From positions 8,984-72,983 of the forward strand of contig JALXBI010000009.1 in NCBI GenBank assembly GCA_026991555.1: 64,000 bases of DNA, written 5' to 3'. The notes under the pieces are model-generated. The model had not been told where the DNA came from. It saw only the letters and a list, made by a program, of their open reading frames with translations, and did no database searches. This DNA is from Candidatus Aminicenantes bacterium (GTDB lineage: Bacteria; Acidobacteriota; Aminicenantia; S016-38). The translations under genes and the position numbers were made by a program. Numbering within the stretch: the first letter of the stretch is position 1; the number at the start of each line of letters is the position of its first letter. Shown in pieces: positions 47,866 to 58,245 of this stretch.

Positions 47866-50147
47866 TCTTCGGCGGTTATTTTGTAGTAATAATCCAGAAC
47901 ATGTAGGTGGTCTTCCTCACTGCAGAATTCCTTGGGCTCTGTGCCCGGTATAAAGGCCTCGTTTATGGTATGAAGGCAGAAGGGCATGGCCAGTTTTCCT
48001 GTATAGGAGTCAATTTTTACGAAGATTATGTTGGGGGGAACCTTGAAGTCCTCCACGGGTTTTCCCTCAAAATATTTCTGCATGAACTCCACCCATATGG
48101 GGGAAGCTGCCCTGGAGCCGGTTTCGTCCTTTCCCAGACTCTTTTTCACATCAAAACCCACCCAGACCCCGGCGGTTATGGTGGGAGAAAACCCTATGAA
48201 CCAGGCATCGGTGTATTCGTCGGTGGTTCCGGTTTTCCCACCCACGGGCCTGTGAAGCACCCTGGCCCTCCAGCCGGTTCCCCTCTGTATAACCCCTTCC
48301 AGAATGTAAGTCATCTGATAAGCCACCTCAGGGGAAAGGACCACATGGACCTTTTTGTGATGGGCTTCCAGAAGGTTTCCGTAGCGGTCCTCTATTTTCC
48401 TTATAAAATAGGGTTCTATCCTCACCCCGGAATTAGGGAAAACGGTAAAGGCTGAGGTCATCTCCAAGAGGGATACTTCAAAGGAGCCCAGGGCGATGGA
48501 AAGATAAGGCTTGAGCTCAGAGGTTATTCCGAATTTCCTGGCGTATTCAATTACCTTCTGTGGTGTAAGGGCGGCAACCAGTTTAGCGGTTACCACATTC
48601 CTGCTTTCCTCCAGACCCCTTCTCAGGGTAATCCATCCCTTGTAAACATGGTCGTAATTCTGGGGTTCCCATACTTCCCCGGTCCAGGGGTCCACGAAGC
48701 TAACAGGCTCGTCTATTATTATGGAGGCCGGGGTCCAGCCGTTTTCCAAGGCAGCGGCATAGATTATAGGTTTTATGGTGGAACCCGTCTGCCTTTTGGC
48801 CTGAATAGCGCGGTTGAACTCGCTCCTTTTGAAGGAATATCCCCCTACCATGGCCTTTATTTCACCGGTTCTCTGATCTATGGCTATGAAGGCCCCTTCC
48901 ACTAAGGGTTCCTGGTCTAAGGATAATTTCAGGCTATCGCCCTTCTTTTCCTCCACCTTAACCAGAATCACGTCTCCCCTTTTAAAAAGCCTTCGCAGTG
49001 AGGAGGCCCTGGTCCAGCGGGCATCACTTAAGTAAAGGGTTGATGTATATTTTCCTATTTTCACCTTAGCCTTATTTCTTTCCACTTCCAGCACCACGGC
49101 TGGATAGGAGTTTCCCTGTTCAATACCTTCCTTCCATTCTTCGGCCTGAAAATCTTCAGGGGAAAGTCCCTCCTTTAAAACATTTCTCGTGGGCCTTCTC
49201 CATCCCTGTCGCTTATCCAGGGCCTTTAGTCCATCCTTCAGGGCCTGCTCAGCCCATTGTTCCATTTTCACATTCATGGTGGTGTAAACCCTGAGTCCTC
49301 CCCTGTAGACCTTGTCAGCTCCGTATTTTCTTGCGATGTATTTCCGGACCTCCTCCAGAAAATAGGCCCCAATAATCCTCGCCTCCCTCTTTTTTATGTC
49401 CACCACATCTAAGGGTTTTTTCACCTCCTGCTCGTAGATTTCCCGGGATATGTAACCCTCTTCAGCCATTTCCTTAAGGATGCGATTTCTCCTTTTGAGG
49501 AGTTTGTCCGGAGCTACATACGGGGATAATCTGGCGGGGGAAGAGGGAAGGGCTGCCAGCATGGCGGCCTGGTGGGGCTCCAGTTCCCAAACATGTTTGG
49601 CGAAGTAGAACCTGGAGGCCGCTTCTACACCGTATATGCCGTGGCCTAAGTATATATTATTAAGGTAGAAGGTAAGAATCTGGTCCTTGGTGTATTTTCT
49701 CTCTATCTGGATTGCAAGGAGGAGCTCCTTAATTTTTCTCTTGAGGGTTTTCTTCCTGTTGAGAAAAAGCATTCTGGCCAGCTGCTGGGTTATGGTGCTG
49801 GCTCCCTGCACCGCCTTTCCCCGGGTTATGTCCACTATGATGGCTTTTATTATCCTTTTCGGTGAAAAACCGAAGTGGTGGTAAAAACCCTTATCCTCGG
49901 CTACCACAAAGGCCTTCTTCACCACATCGGGAATTTTCTCCGAAGGCACCACTATTCTCTTCTGCAGGGCAAATCCCCCGATTATGCTTCCGTCGTCAGC
50001 AAAGACCTGGGTGGTCTCGGCCAGTCTTGCCCTTTCCAGTTCCTCAATTTTGGGAAGGTTTCTACTATAGCTTAAAAGGACCCCTGTAAGGACGCCTACA
50101 ACAACCCCGGAGGCCACTGCTATGGTGAGATTCTTCCAGCTTCGCAT
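47862..50147 (-). CDS. mrcA: Penicillin-binding protein 1A
   Basis: Transglycosylase EDKGF, GASTITQQL, RKIKE; transpeptidase STIK, SRN, KTG. Confidence 0.95.
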   Translation of the reverse strand: MRSWKNLTIAVASGVVVGVLTGVLLSYSRNLPKIEELERARLAETTQVFADDGSIIGGFALQKRIVVPSEKIPDVVKKAFVVAEDKGFYHHFGFSPKRIIKAIIVDITRGKAVQGASTITQQLARMLFLNRKKTLKRKIKELLLAIQIERKYTKDQILTFYLNNIYLGHGIYGVEAASRFYFAKHVWELEPHQAAMLAALPSSPARLSPYVAPDKLLKRRNRILKEMAEEGYISREIYEQEVKKPLDVVDIKKREARIIGAYFLEEVRKYIARKYGADKVYRGGLRVYTTMNVKMEQWAEQALKDGLKALDKRQGWRRPTRNVLKEGLSPEDFQAEEWKEGIEQGNSYPAVVLEVERNKAKVKIGKYTSTLYLSDARWTRASSLRRLFKRGDVILVKVEEKKGDSLKLSLDQEPLVEGAFIAIDQRTGEIKAMVGGYSFKRSEFNRAIQAKRQTGSTIKPIIYAAALENGWTPASIIIDEPVSFVDPWTGEVWEPQNYDHVYKGWITLRRGLEESRNVVTAKLVAALTPQKVIEYARKFGITSELKPYLSIALGSFEVSLLEMTSAFTVFPNSGVRIEPYFIRKIEDRYGNLLEAHHKKVHVVLSPEVAYQMTYILEGVIQRGTGWRARVLHRPVGGKTGTTDEYTDAWFIGFSPTITAGVWVGFDVKKSLGKDETGSRAASPIWVEFMQKYFEGKPVEDFKVPPNIIFVKIDSYTGKLAMPFCLHTINEAFIPGTEPKEFCSEEDHLHVLDYYYKITAEE

Positions 50148-50171
50148 GGGAAATATTCTACCACAACCATG

Positions 50172-50200
50172 TTGACAAGGGAGGAAAATGCTTTTATATT
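50172..50200 (+). promoter_or_regulatory. Sigma70 promoter for the TPR gene and serS
   Basis: TTGACA-N17-TATATT; AGGAGG SD before ATG 50230. Confidence 0.65.
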
Positions 50201-50229
50201 TAGAATTGACAACCCAAGGAGGTAAGACT

Positions 50230-51945
50230 ATGAAAAAAAGGCTGACTCTGATTTTGGTTTTCGGGATTATCCTTCTAATTGCTTTGCCCGGATGTCAGGA
50301 GTTGAAGTGGAAGGATCATTTTAAAAGGGCCAATCAGTATTTTATGCAGAAGAAATTTAAAAAGGCTGCCATAGAATACGAAAAAGCACTGAAGTATAAT
50401 CCAGATCTTCTTCCGGCCCACTTCTTCCTGGCTACCTCCTATCAGAGCCTTTACCGTCAGGCCCTGGACAACGAAGTCTTCAGGAAGAGAGCTGAAAAAT
50501 CCGTTGTGGCCCTGGCCCTTAAGAAGGGTCTGGACCCGGATTTTGCTAAATTTCTCGCCAAGTTGGATACCGAGGATAAACTTCGGGCTGCTTATTACCT
50601 CCTTAAGGCCCAATGGTATCTTACCCCGGTAGAAAAGCACCTGGATATAAGCACCGATTCTACCTATAAAACCGACATCTATATAATAGGTAAAAACCTG
50701 TCCCCCAAGGAGCTTCTTAACTATTACGAGCAGAAATTCCAGGAGATGCTCCCTAAGTTAAAAAAGGAATTTGAGGAATACAAAAAGAAAATGGAGGAGG
50801 AAGCGAAGAAAAAGGCTGAGGAAGAGGCCAAAAAGGTGAAAAAGCCTGGAAAGAAAAGGAAGAAGGTTAAGGAAAATAAGGCTGAGGAGACAAAGAAGCC
50901 GGAGCAAACCCAGGAGGAAGAAGTTCCTCAGCAGGTTAAGAGGGAAGATGTGGGCTTTGCCATAAAATACATTGAAAATAGGCTCAGGATTCTCGGCGCC
51001 ATTAAGCACTATACCTATTACATGAACCATGTTAAGGACGAGAAAGAAAAGAAAAAGGCCATCCAGGCCCTTGCAGAGATATACGATAGGATAGGGGATT
51101 TTGCCAATGCGGAGAAGTATTACTTAGAATTTTTCGGTAAGAACCCTAAAAATCCTCAATATTACTATATCCTTGCCGAGTTTTACAATAAATACGGCAA
51201 ATACGATAAGGCCGAGGAATATTACAAGAAGAGAATAGAACTGGATCCAACCGACCCCGAGGGTTACCTCTACCTGGCCAATTTCTATTCCAATCAGGTG
51301 GGCAAACTTCCCAAGGAGAGTAAGAGGGAAATTTTCGTAAAGGCCATTGAGCTTATGGACAAGGCCATTAAAGCCCACGAGAAAAGATTGGAACTTATCC
51401 CTGAACCCAAGATCGTGAACGGTCAGAAAATAGCGGAGGTTCATCTTGATAAGCTTCCAGAGGGAATCCAATTTCCTGAGGAGCTTTCGGACAAAATAGA
51501 ATATGACCCTCAGAATAAGATCCTCAGGTTTAAAGGGACCATGACAGAGGCAGAGAGGGACCAGTTGCTCAAACTTTCCGACGATCCCGCATGGCAGAAG
51601 GCGGTGAAGCTGCTTTATCTCAGCTCCAATAAGGAAAAAGCTTATTACTACATGGCTGTGGTTTGCTGGGCCAAGAGTTACAACATAAGGAGGGTTATGA
51701 GCCTCAAGGACAGGGTGGCTACCCTGAAGAAGGGGCTTAAAGCTCTGGACAGGGCCCTGGAGTTGAATCCCGACTACGCAGAGGCCCATGTTTATAAAAA
51801 CCTCATATACAGAGAATTTGCCAAGGCCTATCCTGCAAAGAAGAAATATTACCTGAAGCTGGCAAAGAAGGAAATGGAGCTCTACAAGAAGATAATGGAG
51901 AGGAAAGCCGCCAAGAAAAAAGCCCTGGAAAGCCTTGGCTCCTGA
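50230..51945 (+). CDS. TPR-repeat lipoprotein
   Basis: Lipobox LPGC; multiple TPRs (ALKYNPD, IELDPTD, ALELNPD). Confidence 0.85.
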   Translation: MKKRLTLILVFGIILLIALPGCQELKWKDHFKRANQYFMQKKFKKAAIEYEKALKYNPDLLPAHFFLATSYQSLYRQALDNEVFRKRAEKSVVALALKKGLDPDFAKFLAKLDTEDKLRAAYYLLKAQWYLTPVEKHLDISTDSTYKTDIYIIGKNLSPKELLNYYEQKFQEMLPKLKKEFEEYKKKMEEEAKKKAEEEAKKVKKPGKKRKKVKENKAEETKKPEQTQEEEVPQQVKREDVGFAIKYIENRLRILGAIKHYTYYMNHVKDEKEKKKAIQALAEIYDRIGDFANAEKYYLEFFGKNPKNPQYYYILAEFYNKYGKYDKAEEYYKKRIELDPTDPEGYLYLANFYSNQVGKLPKESKREIFVKAIELMDKAIKAHEKRLELIPEPKIVNGQKIAEVHLDKLPEGIQFPEELSDKIEYDPQNKILRFKGTMTEAERDQLLKLSDDPAWQKAVKLLYLSSNKEKAYYYMAVVCWAKSYNIRRVMSLKDRVATLKKGLKALDRALELNPDYAEAHVYKNLIYREFAKAYPAKKKYYLKLAKKEMELYKKIMERKAAKKKALESLGS

Positions 51946-51950
51946 AATCC

Positions 51951-53225
51951 ATGATAGATAGGGAAATCCTAAGAAGGGATCCGGAATTCGTAAAGGAGAA
52001 GTTAAGACAGAGGGGATACGAAATAGACCTTTCCCCTTTCTTTGAGTTTGACTCCAGAAGGCGGAGCATAATAAGGGAATTGGATGAGCTTCGCCGTCAG
52101 AGAAAGGAGCGTTCCCGCCAATACGGCAGTTTAAAGGCCAAGGGGATTGAGGACGAGGCCCTCAGGGAAGAGACCAGGAAGCTGGGGGAGAGGATAAAAG
52201 CCCTGGAGGAGGAGCTTCGGGAAATCGAGGAGAAACTCCACCAATTCCTCCTTAACATCCCCAATATTCCCCATTCTTCGGTTCCTGTAGGGGAGGACGA
52301 GAGGGACAATGTGGAGGTTCGTCGCTGGGGAAAACCCAGGGATTTCAGTTTCTCCCCTCTCCCTCACTGGGAGCTGGGAACCCGTCTGGGACTCTTTGAT
52401 TTCAAGAGGGCTGCAAAGATTGTGGGCGCCCGTTTTGCCATGAGCTACGGGCCCCTGGCAGCCATGGAAAGGGCCCTGGTGGCCTTCATGATAGATCTTC
52501 ACGCCTCCAGGGGCTACAGGGAAGTTCTTCCTCCTTTTATAGCCCACAGGGATTCGCTCATTGGCACCGGAAATCTCCCCAAATTTGAACAGGAGCTTTT
52601 CAAAATCGAAGGAAGGCCGTGGTACCTCATTCCCACCGCAGAGGTTCCCCTGACCAACATTTACAGGGACGAGATCCTGAGGGAGGAACAGCTTCCCATA
52701 AAACTGGTTTCCTACACCCCCTGTTTCAGGGCAGAGGCAGGGGCAGCAGGCCGGGATACCAAGGGACTCATAAGGCTCCACCAGTTCAACAAGGTGGAGC
52801 TTATGGTTTATTCAAAGCCCGAGGAATCCTATGACATTCTGGAGGCCCTTACCCGGGATGCAGAGGAAGTTCTGAGGAGGCTTGAACTTCCCTACAGGGT
52901 AGTGGCCCTCTGTACCGGGGACTTAGGCTTTTCCTCTGCAAAAACCTACGACATTGAGGTATGGATGCCCAGCTATGACAGGTATGTGGAAATTTCCTCC
53001 TGCTCCAATTTTGAAGCCTTCCAGGCCAGGAGGGCGAATCTCAAATTCAGGAGAGCAAATTCCAAAAGGACCGAATTCCTTCACACCCTGAACGGGTCAG
53101 GCTTAGCAGTGGGAAGGACTGTGGCTGCCATAATGGAAAACTATCAAAATCCCGACGGGACCATAACGATTCCTGAAGCCCTGAGGCCTTACATGGGAGG
53201 GCTGGAGCTAATAGGAGGGGAATGA
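51951..53225 (+). CDS. serS: Serine--tRNA ligase
   Basis: [36 protein letters not shown]. Confidence 0.98.
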   Translation: MIDREILRRDPEFVKEKLRQRGYEIDLSPFFEFDSRRRSIIRELDELRRQRKERSRQYGSLKAKGIEDEALREETRKLGERIKALEEELREIEEKLHQFLLNIPNIPHSSVPVGEDERDNVEVRRWGKPRDFSFSPLPHWELGTRLGLFDFKRAAKIVGARFAMSYGPLAAMERALVAFMIDLHASRGYREVLPPFIAHRDSLIGTGNLPKFEQELFKIEGRPWYLIPTAEVPLTNIYRDEILREEQLPIKLVSYTPCFRAEAGAAGRDTKGLIRLHQFNKVELMVYSKPEESYDILEALTRDAEEVLRRLELPYRVVALCTGDLGFSSAKTYDIEVWMPSYDRYVEISSCSNFEAFQARRANLKFRRANSKRTEFLHTLNGSGLAVGRTVAAIMENYQNPDGTITIPEALRPYMGGLELIGGE

Positions 53226-53240
53226 TAAAATATTCTTGAA

Positions 53241-53329
53241 GGAGGGATGGCCGAGTGGTTTAAGGCGGCGGTCTTGAAAACCGCTTCCCGGCGGGAGCCG
53301 GGACGGGGGTTCGAATCCCTCTCCCTCCG
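53241..53329 (+). tRNA. tRNA-Ser(TGA), CCA not encoded
   Basis: Acceptor GGAGGGA/TCCCTCC, anticodon arm GCGGT-CTTGAAA-ACCGC, long variable arm, GTTCGAATCC. Confidence 0.96.
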
Positions 53330-53350
53330 TTGGTTTTTCGTTTTCAGAAG

Positions 53351-54703
53351 ATGAAGATAGAAAATATAGTCTTTTTTCTTAGAAAATTCTTGGACACCTC
53401 CAGGACGGGCAGGTTGATTGTCGATAAGGACCACATAAGAAGGGAGTATTATTTTTTCAATTCACGGCTCATATACTCCGTCTCCAGTGCTCCGGATGAG
53501 AAGTTCGGCAACTTCGTTAAAAATTTCGGAATTCACCTTCAGGAAGACATAGAGAAACTCATTCACTCCGAGTATCAATCGAGGATAGGGAAAAGACTTG
53601 TGGAGCTCGGTTTTATAGACGAAAGGCTTCTCAATAGAATACTAATTCATCAGACCAAAGAGATTTTTATCTCCTCCATAAAACTCTTCAATGTGGAATA
53701 TAAGTGGGAAGAGAACCGGGAAAATCCCAATAAAGCCTTCAACGCCGACCTTCCGCTTCTTCCTGTTATACTTGAAGGGCTGAGAAGAATAGAGGATACC
53801 CGAAACATAAAATACATTATCAACGGAGAGCTTGAGGTCTCAGCTGCCTATCCCAGAGAATTTGAAAAATACCTGAGCGAGAAGGAGCTCAGAGCTTTGA
53901 GGATTCTTCAGGCCGGCACCCAGCCCAAGGCTTCGGACCTTAATTTGAGCGAAGATAAGTTTCTTAAGGTTCTCTTCACCCTTTATGCCCTGGGAATGGT
54001 GAAAACCCAGAAGGTTGAGGACCTTCTTGAGGAACTCAGAAGGTATTTTGCCCTGGTGGAGACCGCCGATTACTGGGAGATTTTAGGGGTTAGCAAAAAA
54101 GCCACCACCGATGAGATAAAAAGGGCATATTTTTCCCTTTCCAAGAAATTCCATCCGGACCGCTTTCCCAAGGAAAACCGCCAGGCCCAGGAAATGGCTT
54201 CCAAGGTGTTTCAGGCCATAAACGCTGCCTACGAAACCCTTATGGATCCGAGGAAAAGAGAGGAATACAGAAAGACCCTGGTTCAGGAAAAGCCTGCCAA
54301 GGAAAAGGAGCTTATAACCCCGGAACAGAGGTTCAAAGAAGGTAAAATAATGTTTAACAGAAAAAGATTTAAGGAAGCAGCCTACCTGTTTGATCTGGCC
54401 CATAGATTGGACCCTGAAAATGCCACCTATCTTTACTGGAAGGGAGTGGCTCTTTCCAGGATTGCAGGAAATGAAAAGGAAGCGGAGGAAGTTCTCCTTG
54501 AAGTTGCAGAGCGACAACCCTGGGACCCCAAACCTTTCCTGGTCCTTGCGAAAATGTATGCGGAAAGGGGCCTGAAAACCAAAGCCCTGAGTTTTGTAAA
54601 CAGGGCCCTTGCCCTTGACCCCGAGCATCCCACAGCTCTCAAGCTGAAAAACCTTCTTGAGGGTAGCAAGAAGAAAGGGCTTTTCGACTTCTTTAAAAAA
54701 TAA
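53351..54703 (+). CDS. J-domain co-chaperone with an N-terminal DUF4388-like region and C-terminal TPRs
   Basis: DYWEILGV, FHPDR, INAAYETL; TPRs; start moved because the track start at 53330 abuts the tRNA. Confidence 0.85.
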   Translation: MKIENIVFFLRKFLDTSRTGRLIVDKDHIRREYYFFNSRLIYSVSSAPDEKFGNFVKNFGIHLQEDIEKLIHSEYQSRIGKRLVELGFIDERLLNRILIHQTKEIFISSIKLFNVEYKWEENRENPNKAFNADLPLLPVILEGLRRIEDTRNIKYIINGELEVSAAYPREFEKYLSEKELRALRILQAGTQPKASDLNLSEDKFLKVLFTLYALGMVKTQKVEDLLEELRRYFALVETADYWEILGVSKKATTDEIKRAYFSLSKKFHPDRFPKENRQAQEMASKVFQAINAAYETLMDPRKREEYRKTLVQEKPAKEKELITPEQRFKEGKIMFNRKRFKEAAYLFDLAHRLDPENATYLYWKGVALSRIAGNEKEAEEVLLEVAERQPWDPKPFLVLAKMYAERGLKTKALSFVNRALALDPEHPTALKLKNLLEGSKKKGLFDFFKK

Positions 54704-55771
54704 TCACCGGTCTCCGAAGCTTATCCCCACTGACCTGGCTACCTGAACCAGCTCGTTGTCGGGGGTTACCCTTCTGGGATTGTCCACAGCTTCCTGTAGA
54801 GCTACCAGCTTAATTTCATTTCCCTTCAGAGCTACCAATTTTTCGTTTTCCCCTTTAGCCGCCGCTTCAACAGCAGCACGGCCGAACCTGGTGGCAAGAA
54901 TACGATCAAAGGCGGTGGGAGAGCCTCCCCTCTGTAAATGTCCCAGGATAGTGTATCTTGCTTCAAGGCCCACAAGTTTCTGCAGGCCTTCTGCTACCAC
55001 CCTTCCCACCCCTCCCAGTCTCATGGGCTGGGTGGGGTCGTCGACCTTCATCATGTATATCTTTTTGCCCCCTAACTTTGCCCCCTCTGCCACCACTACT
55101 ATGCTGAACCGCTTTCCCATACGTTCCCTTTTCTCAATGGCCTTAGCGGCGTTCTCTAAGGTGAAATCAATCTCAGGGATAAGAATTATATCTGCCCCTC
55201 CGGCCAGGCCCGCGTGGAGGGCTATCCAGCCTGCATCCCTTCCCATGACTTCCAGAACCATTATCCTGTGATGGCTCTCCGCCGTGGTGTGGAGCCTGTC
55301 CACCGCCTCAGTGGCCACAGATCGGGCAGTATCAAAACCAAAGGTCTGGTCCGTTCCCCCAAGGTCGTTATCTATGGTTTTTGGCACCCCTATAACTTTA
55401 AGCCCCTTCTTTGCCAGACCCATGGCTATGGCCTGGGTTCCATCGCCTCCCACGGTTATAAGAAGATCAATTCCGCGCCTTGAAAGGTTTTCTATCACCT
55501 TATCCGATACGTCCTTTATCCCATCAGGGGTTCTGTATTTGAAGGGATTATCCCTGTTTGAGGTCCCGAGGATGGTTCCACCCCTGGGGAGAATACCGCT
55601 TACGTCCTCCAGGGTGAGGGTTTTTGCCATGTCTTCCACGGCTCCCTTGAATCCGTCCAGAAACCCTACCACTTCAAATCCGTATTGAAATACCGCTGTT
55701 TTTACCACGGCCCTTATAACTGCATTCAGGCCCGGACAATCGCCTCCTCCGGTAAGAATTCCCAATCTCAT
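54704..55771 (-). CDS. pfkA: 6-phosphofructokinase (PfkA family, probably ATP-dependent)
   Basis: GGGDCPGLN, GGDGT, PKTIDND, MGR, LGHLQRGG. Confidence 0.95.
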   Translation of the reverse strand: MRLGILTGGGDCPGLNAVIRAVVKTAVFQYGFEVVGFLDGFKGAVEDMAKTLTLEDVSGILPRGGTILGTSNRDNPFKYRTPDGIKDVSDKVIENLSRRGIDLLITVGGDGTQAIAMGLAKKGLKVIGVPKTIDNDLGGTDQTFGFDTARSVATEAVDRLHTTAESHHRIMVLEVMGRDAGWIALHAGLAGGADIILIPEIDFTLENAAKAIEKRERMGKRFSIVVVAEGAKLGGKKIYMMKVDDPTQPMRLGGVGRVVAEGLQKLVGLEARYTILGHLQRGGSPTAFDRILATRFGRAAVEAAAKGENEKLVALKGNEIKLVALQEAVDNPRRVTPDNELVQVARSVGISFGDR

Positions 55772-55837
55772 TTTTACCTCCATTTTCTATGTAGTAGAAT
55801 TTTATTCCAAAAGAGTTCTTTAAAAAAGGAGGTCATT

Positions 55838-57079
55838 ATGTCCCTTAACACTATTTTATCCCGTATTGAGAACCTCAGGGGAGAGGCCTTTGAACTGGAA
55901 AAGAAACTCACCGCCTTCAGGGCCTTAGGTCCGGAAAACGGCGGGGATGGTGAGTGGGAAAAAGCCCAGTTCCTTAAGGAAAAACTTCTGGAAATAGGGG
56001 CTTCGGAGATTATTGAGGTAAACGCCCGGGACAACCGGGTATCTTCAGGCCTCAGACCTAATATAATAGGAATTTATCCCGGAAAGAACCACGAGAAGAA
56101 GGTGTGGATAATGACCCACATGGATGTGGTTCCCCCAGGGGACCTTTCCCTCTGGAAATCGGACCCCTGGAAGGTCTGGATGGACGAGGAGGGAAGGATT
56201 TACGGCAGGGGGGTTGAGGACAATCAACAGGATATGGTTTCGTCAATCCTTGCCCTTCAGGCCTTTGCCATGGAGGGGGAGGTTCCCTATTACGATGTGG
56301 GATTGGTCTTCGTCTCCGACGAAGAAACCGGAAGCGATTACGGCATAAAATATGTTCTTTCCCACAGGAAGGATATCTTCTCTAAGGAGGATCTCATCAT
56401 AGTCCCGGATGGTGGAAATCCCGACGGGACCGAAATAGAGGTGGCGGAGAAGGGAATTTTATGGATTAAGTTCGTGGTAAAGGGCAGGCAAACCCATGGT
56501 TCCACCCCTGAGAGGGGAAAAAATGCCCACAAGGCCGGGGCCAATCTTATCGTCAGGTTAGAGAAGCTATATGAGCTTTTCCCGGCGGAAGATCCTCTGT
56601 TTGAGCCTCCCCGTTCCACCTTTGAACCCACCAAGAAGGAGGCCAATGTTCCCAACATAAACACCATCCCTGGGGAGGATATCTTTTACTACGACTGCAG
56701 GATAATGCCGGAATATTCCTTAGCTGAAGTTAAGGAGAAGGTGCAGGAGATTGCCTCCAGCGTGGAATCGGATTTCGGGGTGAAGGTTGAGATTTCCTAT
56801 CCCCAGGAAGCGGAAGCCGCTCCCCCTACACCCCCCGATGCTCCAGTGGTCCAGGCTATCAAAAAGGCTGTTAAGGACCTGAGGGGCCTTGAAGCAAGGC
56901 CCATAGGCATAGGGGGAGGAACTGTTGCCGCCCACTTCAGGGAAGCAGGTTTTTACGCTGCCGTGTGGGCCACCATGGACGAGACCATGCATTCTCCCAA
57001 CGAATACGCCTGGATGAAGAACATAATAGCCGACGCCCAGGTCTTCGCATACATAATGGCCGGGGCTTTTCTCGGGTGA
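55838..57079 (+). CDS. M20-family metallo-hydrolase (DapE/ArgE-like)
   Basis: HMDVVP, GRGVED, DEETGS, HGS, HSPNE; AGGAGG SD. Confidence 0.92.
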   Translation: MSLNTILSRIENLRGEAFELEKKLTAFRALGPENGGDGEWEKAQFLKEKLLEIGASEIIEVNARDNRVSSGLRPNIIGIYPGKNHEKKVWIMTHMDVVPPGDLSLWKSDPWKVWMDEEGRIYGRGVEDNQQDMVSSILALQAFAMEGEVPYYDVGLVFVSDEETGSDYGIKYVLSHRKDIFSKEDLIIVPDGGNPDGTEIEVAEKGILWIKFVVKGRQTHGSTPERGKNAHKAGANLIVRLEKLYELFPAEDPLFEPPRSTFEPTKKEANVPNINTIPGEDIFYYDCRIMPEYSLAEVKEKVQEIASSVESDFGVKVEISYPQEAEAAPPTPPDAPVVQAIKKAVKDLRGLEARPIGIGGGTVAAHFREAGFYAAVWATMDETMHSPNEYAWMKNIIADAQVFAYIMAGAFLG

Positions 57080-57748
57080 TTATCTTTTGAAGATTGAGAT
57101 TCCTGCCAGAACAGTGAGCCCGGAAAGGTCTATGGGTTCAAAGCCTAAGTAAGTAGGTTCCAGATTGCCGTGGACCGATGTATAGAATCCCATAATTCTG
57201 AAACCTATTCTGCGGTCAATCTTTATAACCAGACCTCCGTTTGCAAAAAATCCCACTGAGGAATCCCTCTTGTAGTAATCGCCGTAATATATAGGAAGGT
57301 TAGGGTCAGAGAAATCTATGAATTCCCCTGTCTGGGTCCATTCCCAGGAAACGAAGGCTATACCTGCTCCCACAAAGGGAAGTATTCCCTTTTTATATAC
57401 CGGAATGGGGTAAAACCTTATTCCTAAATAGGTGGGCTTGTTCCTGTAGGTTATGCTCTGGGTGATGGGGCTGCCGTCGGCCCACACATAATCCCTGTAT
57501 TCGGTGGTTATGGTTTTCCTTGATGCGAGGGTGGTGCCGGCGAATACCGTTAAGTTTCTTTTGCCCCATTCCCATTCAAAATAGCCCACATTGCTTTCAA
57601 AATCCTTTTTGGACAGAATCAGGTTCTCAAAGTTGATATCCCATATATCACTTGCTGCATTGGGGTAAAACCTTCCCCCCAGAAAGCTAACAGAGCCTGC
57701 CAGGGCAAACCATCCTGCTAAAAGCAATGCTGCCAGTTTGTATCTCAT
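57080..57748 (-). CDS. Outer-membrane beta-barrel protein
   Basis: Signal peptide, PFVGAG, terminal strand LAGISIF. Confidence 0.7.
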   Translation of the reverse strand: MRYKLAALLLAGWFALAGSVSFLGGRFYPNAASDIWDINFENLILSKKDFESNVGYFEWEWGKRNLTVFAGTTLASRKTITTEYRDYVWADGSPITQSITYRNKPTYLGIRFYPIPVYKKGILPFVGAGIAFVSWEWTQTGEFIDFSDPNLPIYYGDYYKRDSSVGFFANGGLVIKIDRRIGFRIMGFYTSVHGNLEPTYLGFEPIDLSGLTVLAGISIFKR

Positions 57749-57860
57749 TTTTTCCCTCCTTTAAGGTTCTTCGCCGCATATTAAGCAAAAAAAATACCAA
57801 AATACTACCCCTCTACGAAAAGGGAAAGGATATGGGTGTCCCCTTTTCAGGACATAAGAA

Positions 57861-57943
57861 TGCCGGGGGCGGGACTCGAACCCGCACGGACAGGGTCCAG
57901 GGGATTTTAAGTCCCCGGCGTCTACCTATTCCGCCACCCCGGC
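57861..57943 (-). tRNA. tRNA-Leu(TAA), CCA not encoded
   Basis: GCCGGGG/CCCCGGC-A acceptor, GGGGA-CTTAAAA-TCCCC anticodon arm, GTTCGAGTCC. Confidence 0.96.
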
Positions 57944-57944
57944 G

Positions 57945-58220
57945 TTATTTTTCCACTTTCTCCCTGAGAGCCTTTCCAGGTCTGAACTTCACATACTTCC
58001 TGGCTGGTATGTCAATGGGTTTGCCGGTTCTCGGGTTTCTTCCCTTTCTTGCTTTCCTCGTTTTCACCTCAAAGGTCCCAAAACCAACCAGAATCACCTT
58101 TCCGTCCTTCTCAATACCTTCCCTTAAAGCGGAGATGAAGGAGTTAACCACCTCCAAAACCTTCCTCTGGGAAAGCCCAGTCTTTTTGCTGATGTTTTTG
58201 ACCAGGTCTTCCTTTTTCAT
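57945..58220 (-). CDS. hup: HU DNA-binding protein
   Basis: GFGTF, RKGRNPRTG, FRPGKAL; GGAGGTG SD. Confidence 0.96.
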   Translation of the reverse strand: MKKEDLVKNISKKTGLSQRKVLEVVNSFISALREGIEKDGKVILVGFGTFEVKTRKARKGRNPRTGKPIDIPARKYVKFRPGKALREKVEK

Positions 58221-58245
58221 TTTCACCTCCCAAAAGAATTATACA

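Noticed and set aside
50760..50930. Lys/Glu-rich repeat-like DNA in the TPR gene
   Set aside because: It is a low-complexity charged linker, not a DNA repeat element
53241..57943. tRNA-anchored genomic island
   Set aside because: No integrase, no duplicated tRNA 3' end seen, and housekeeping genes lie between the two tRNAs
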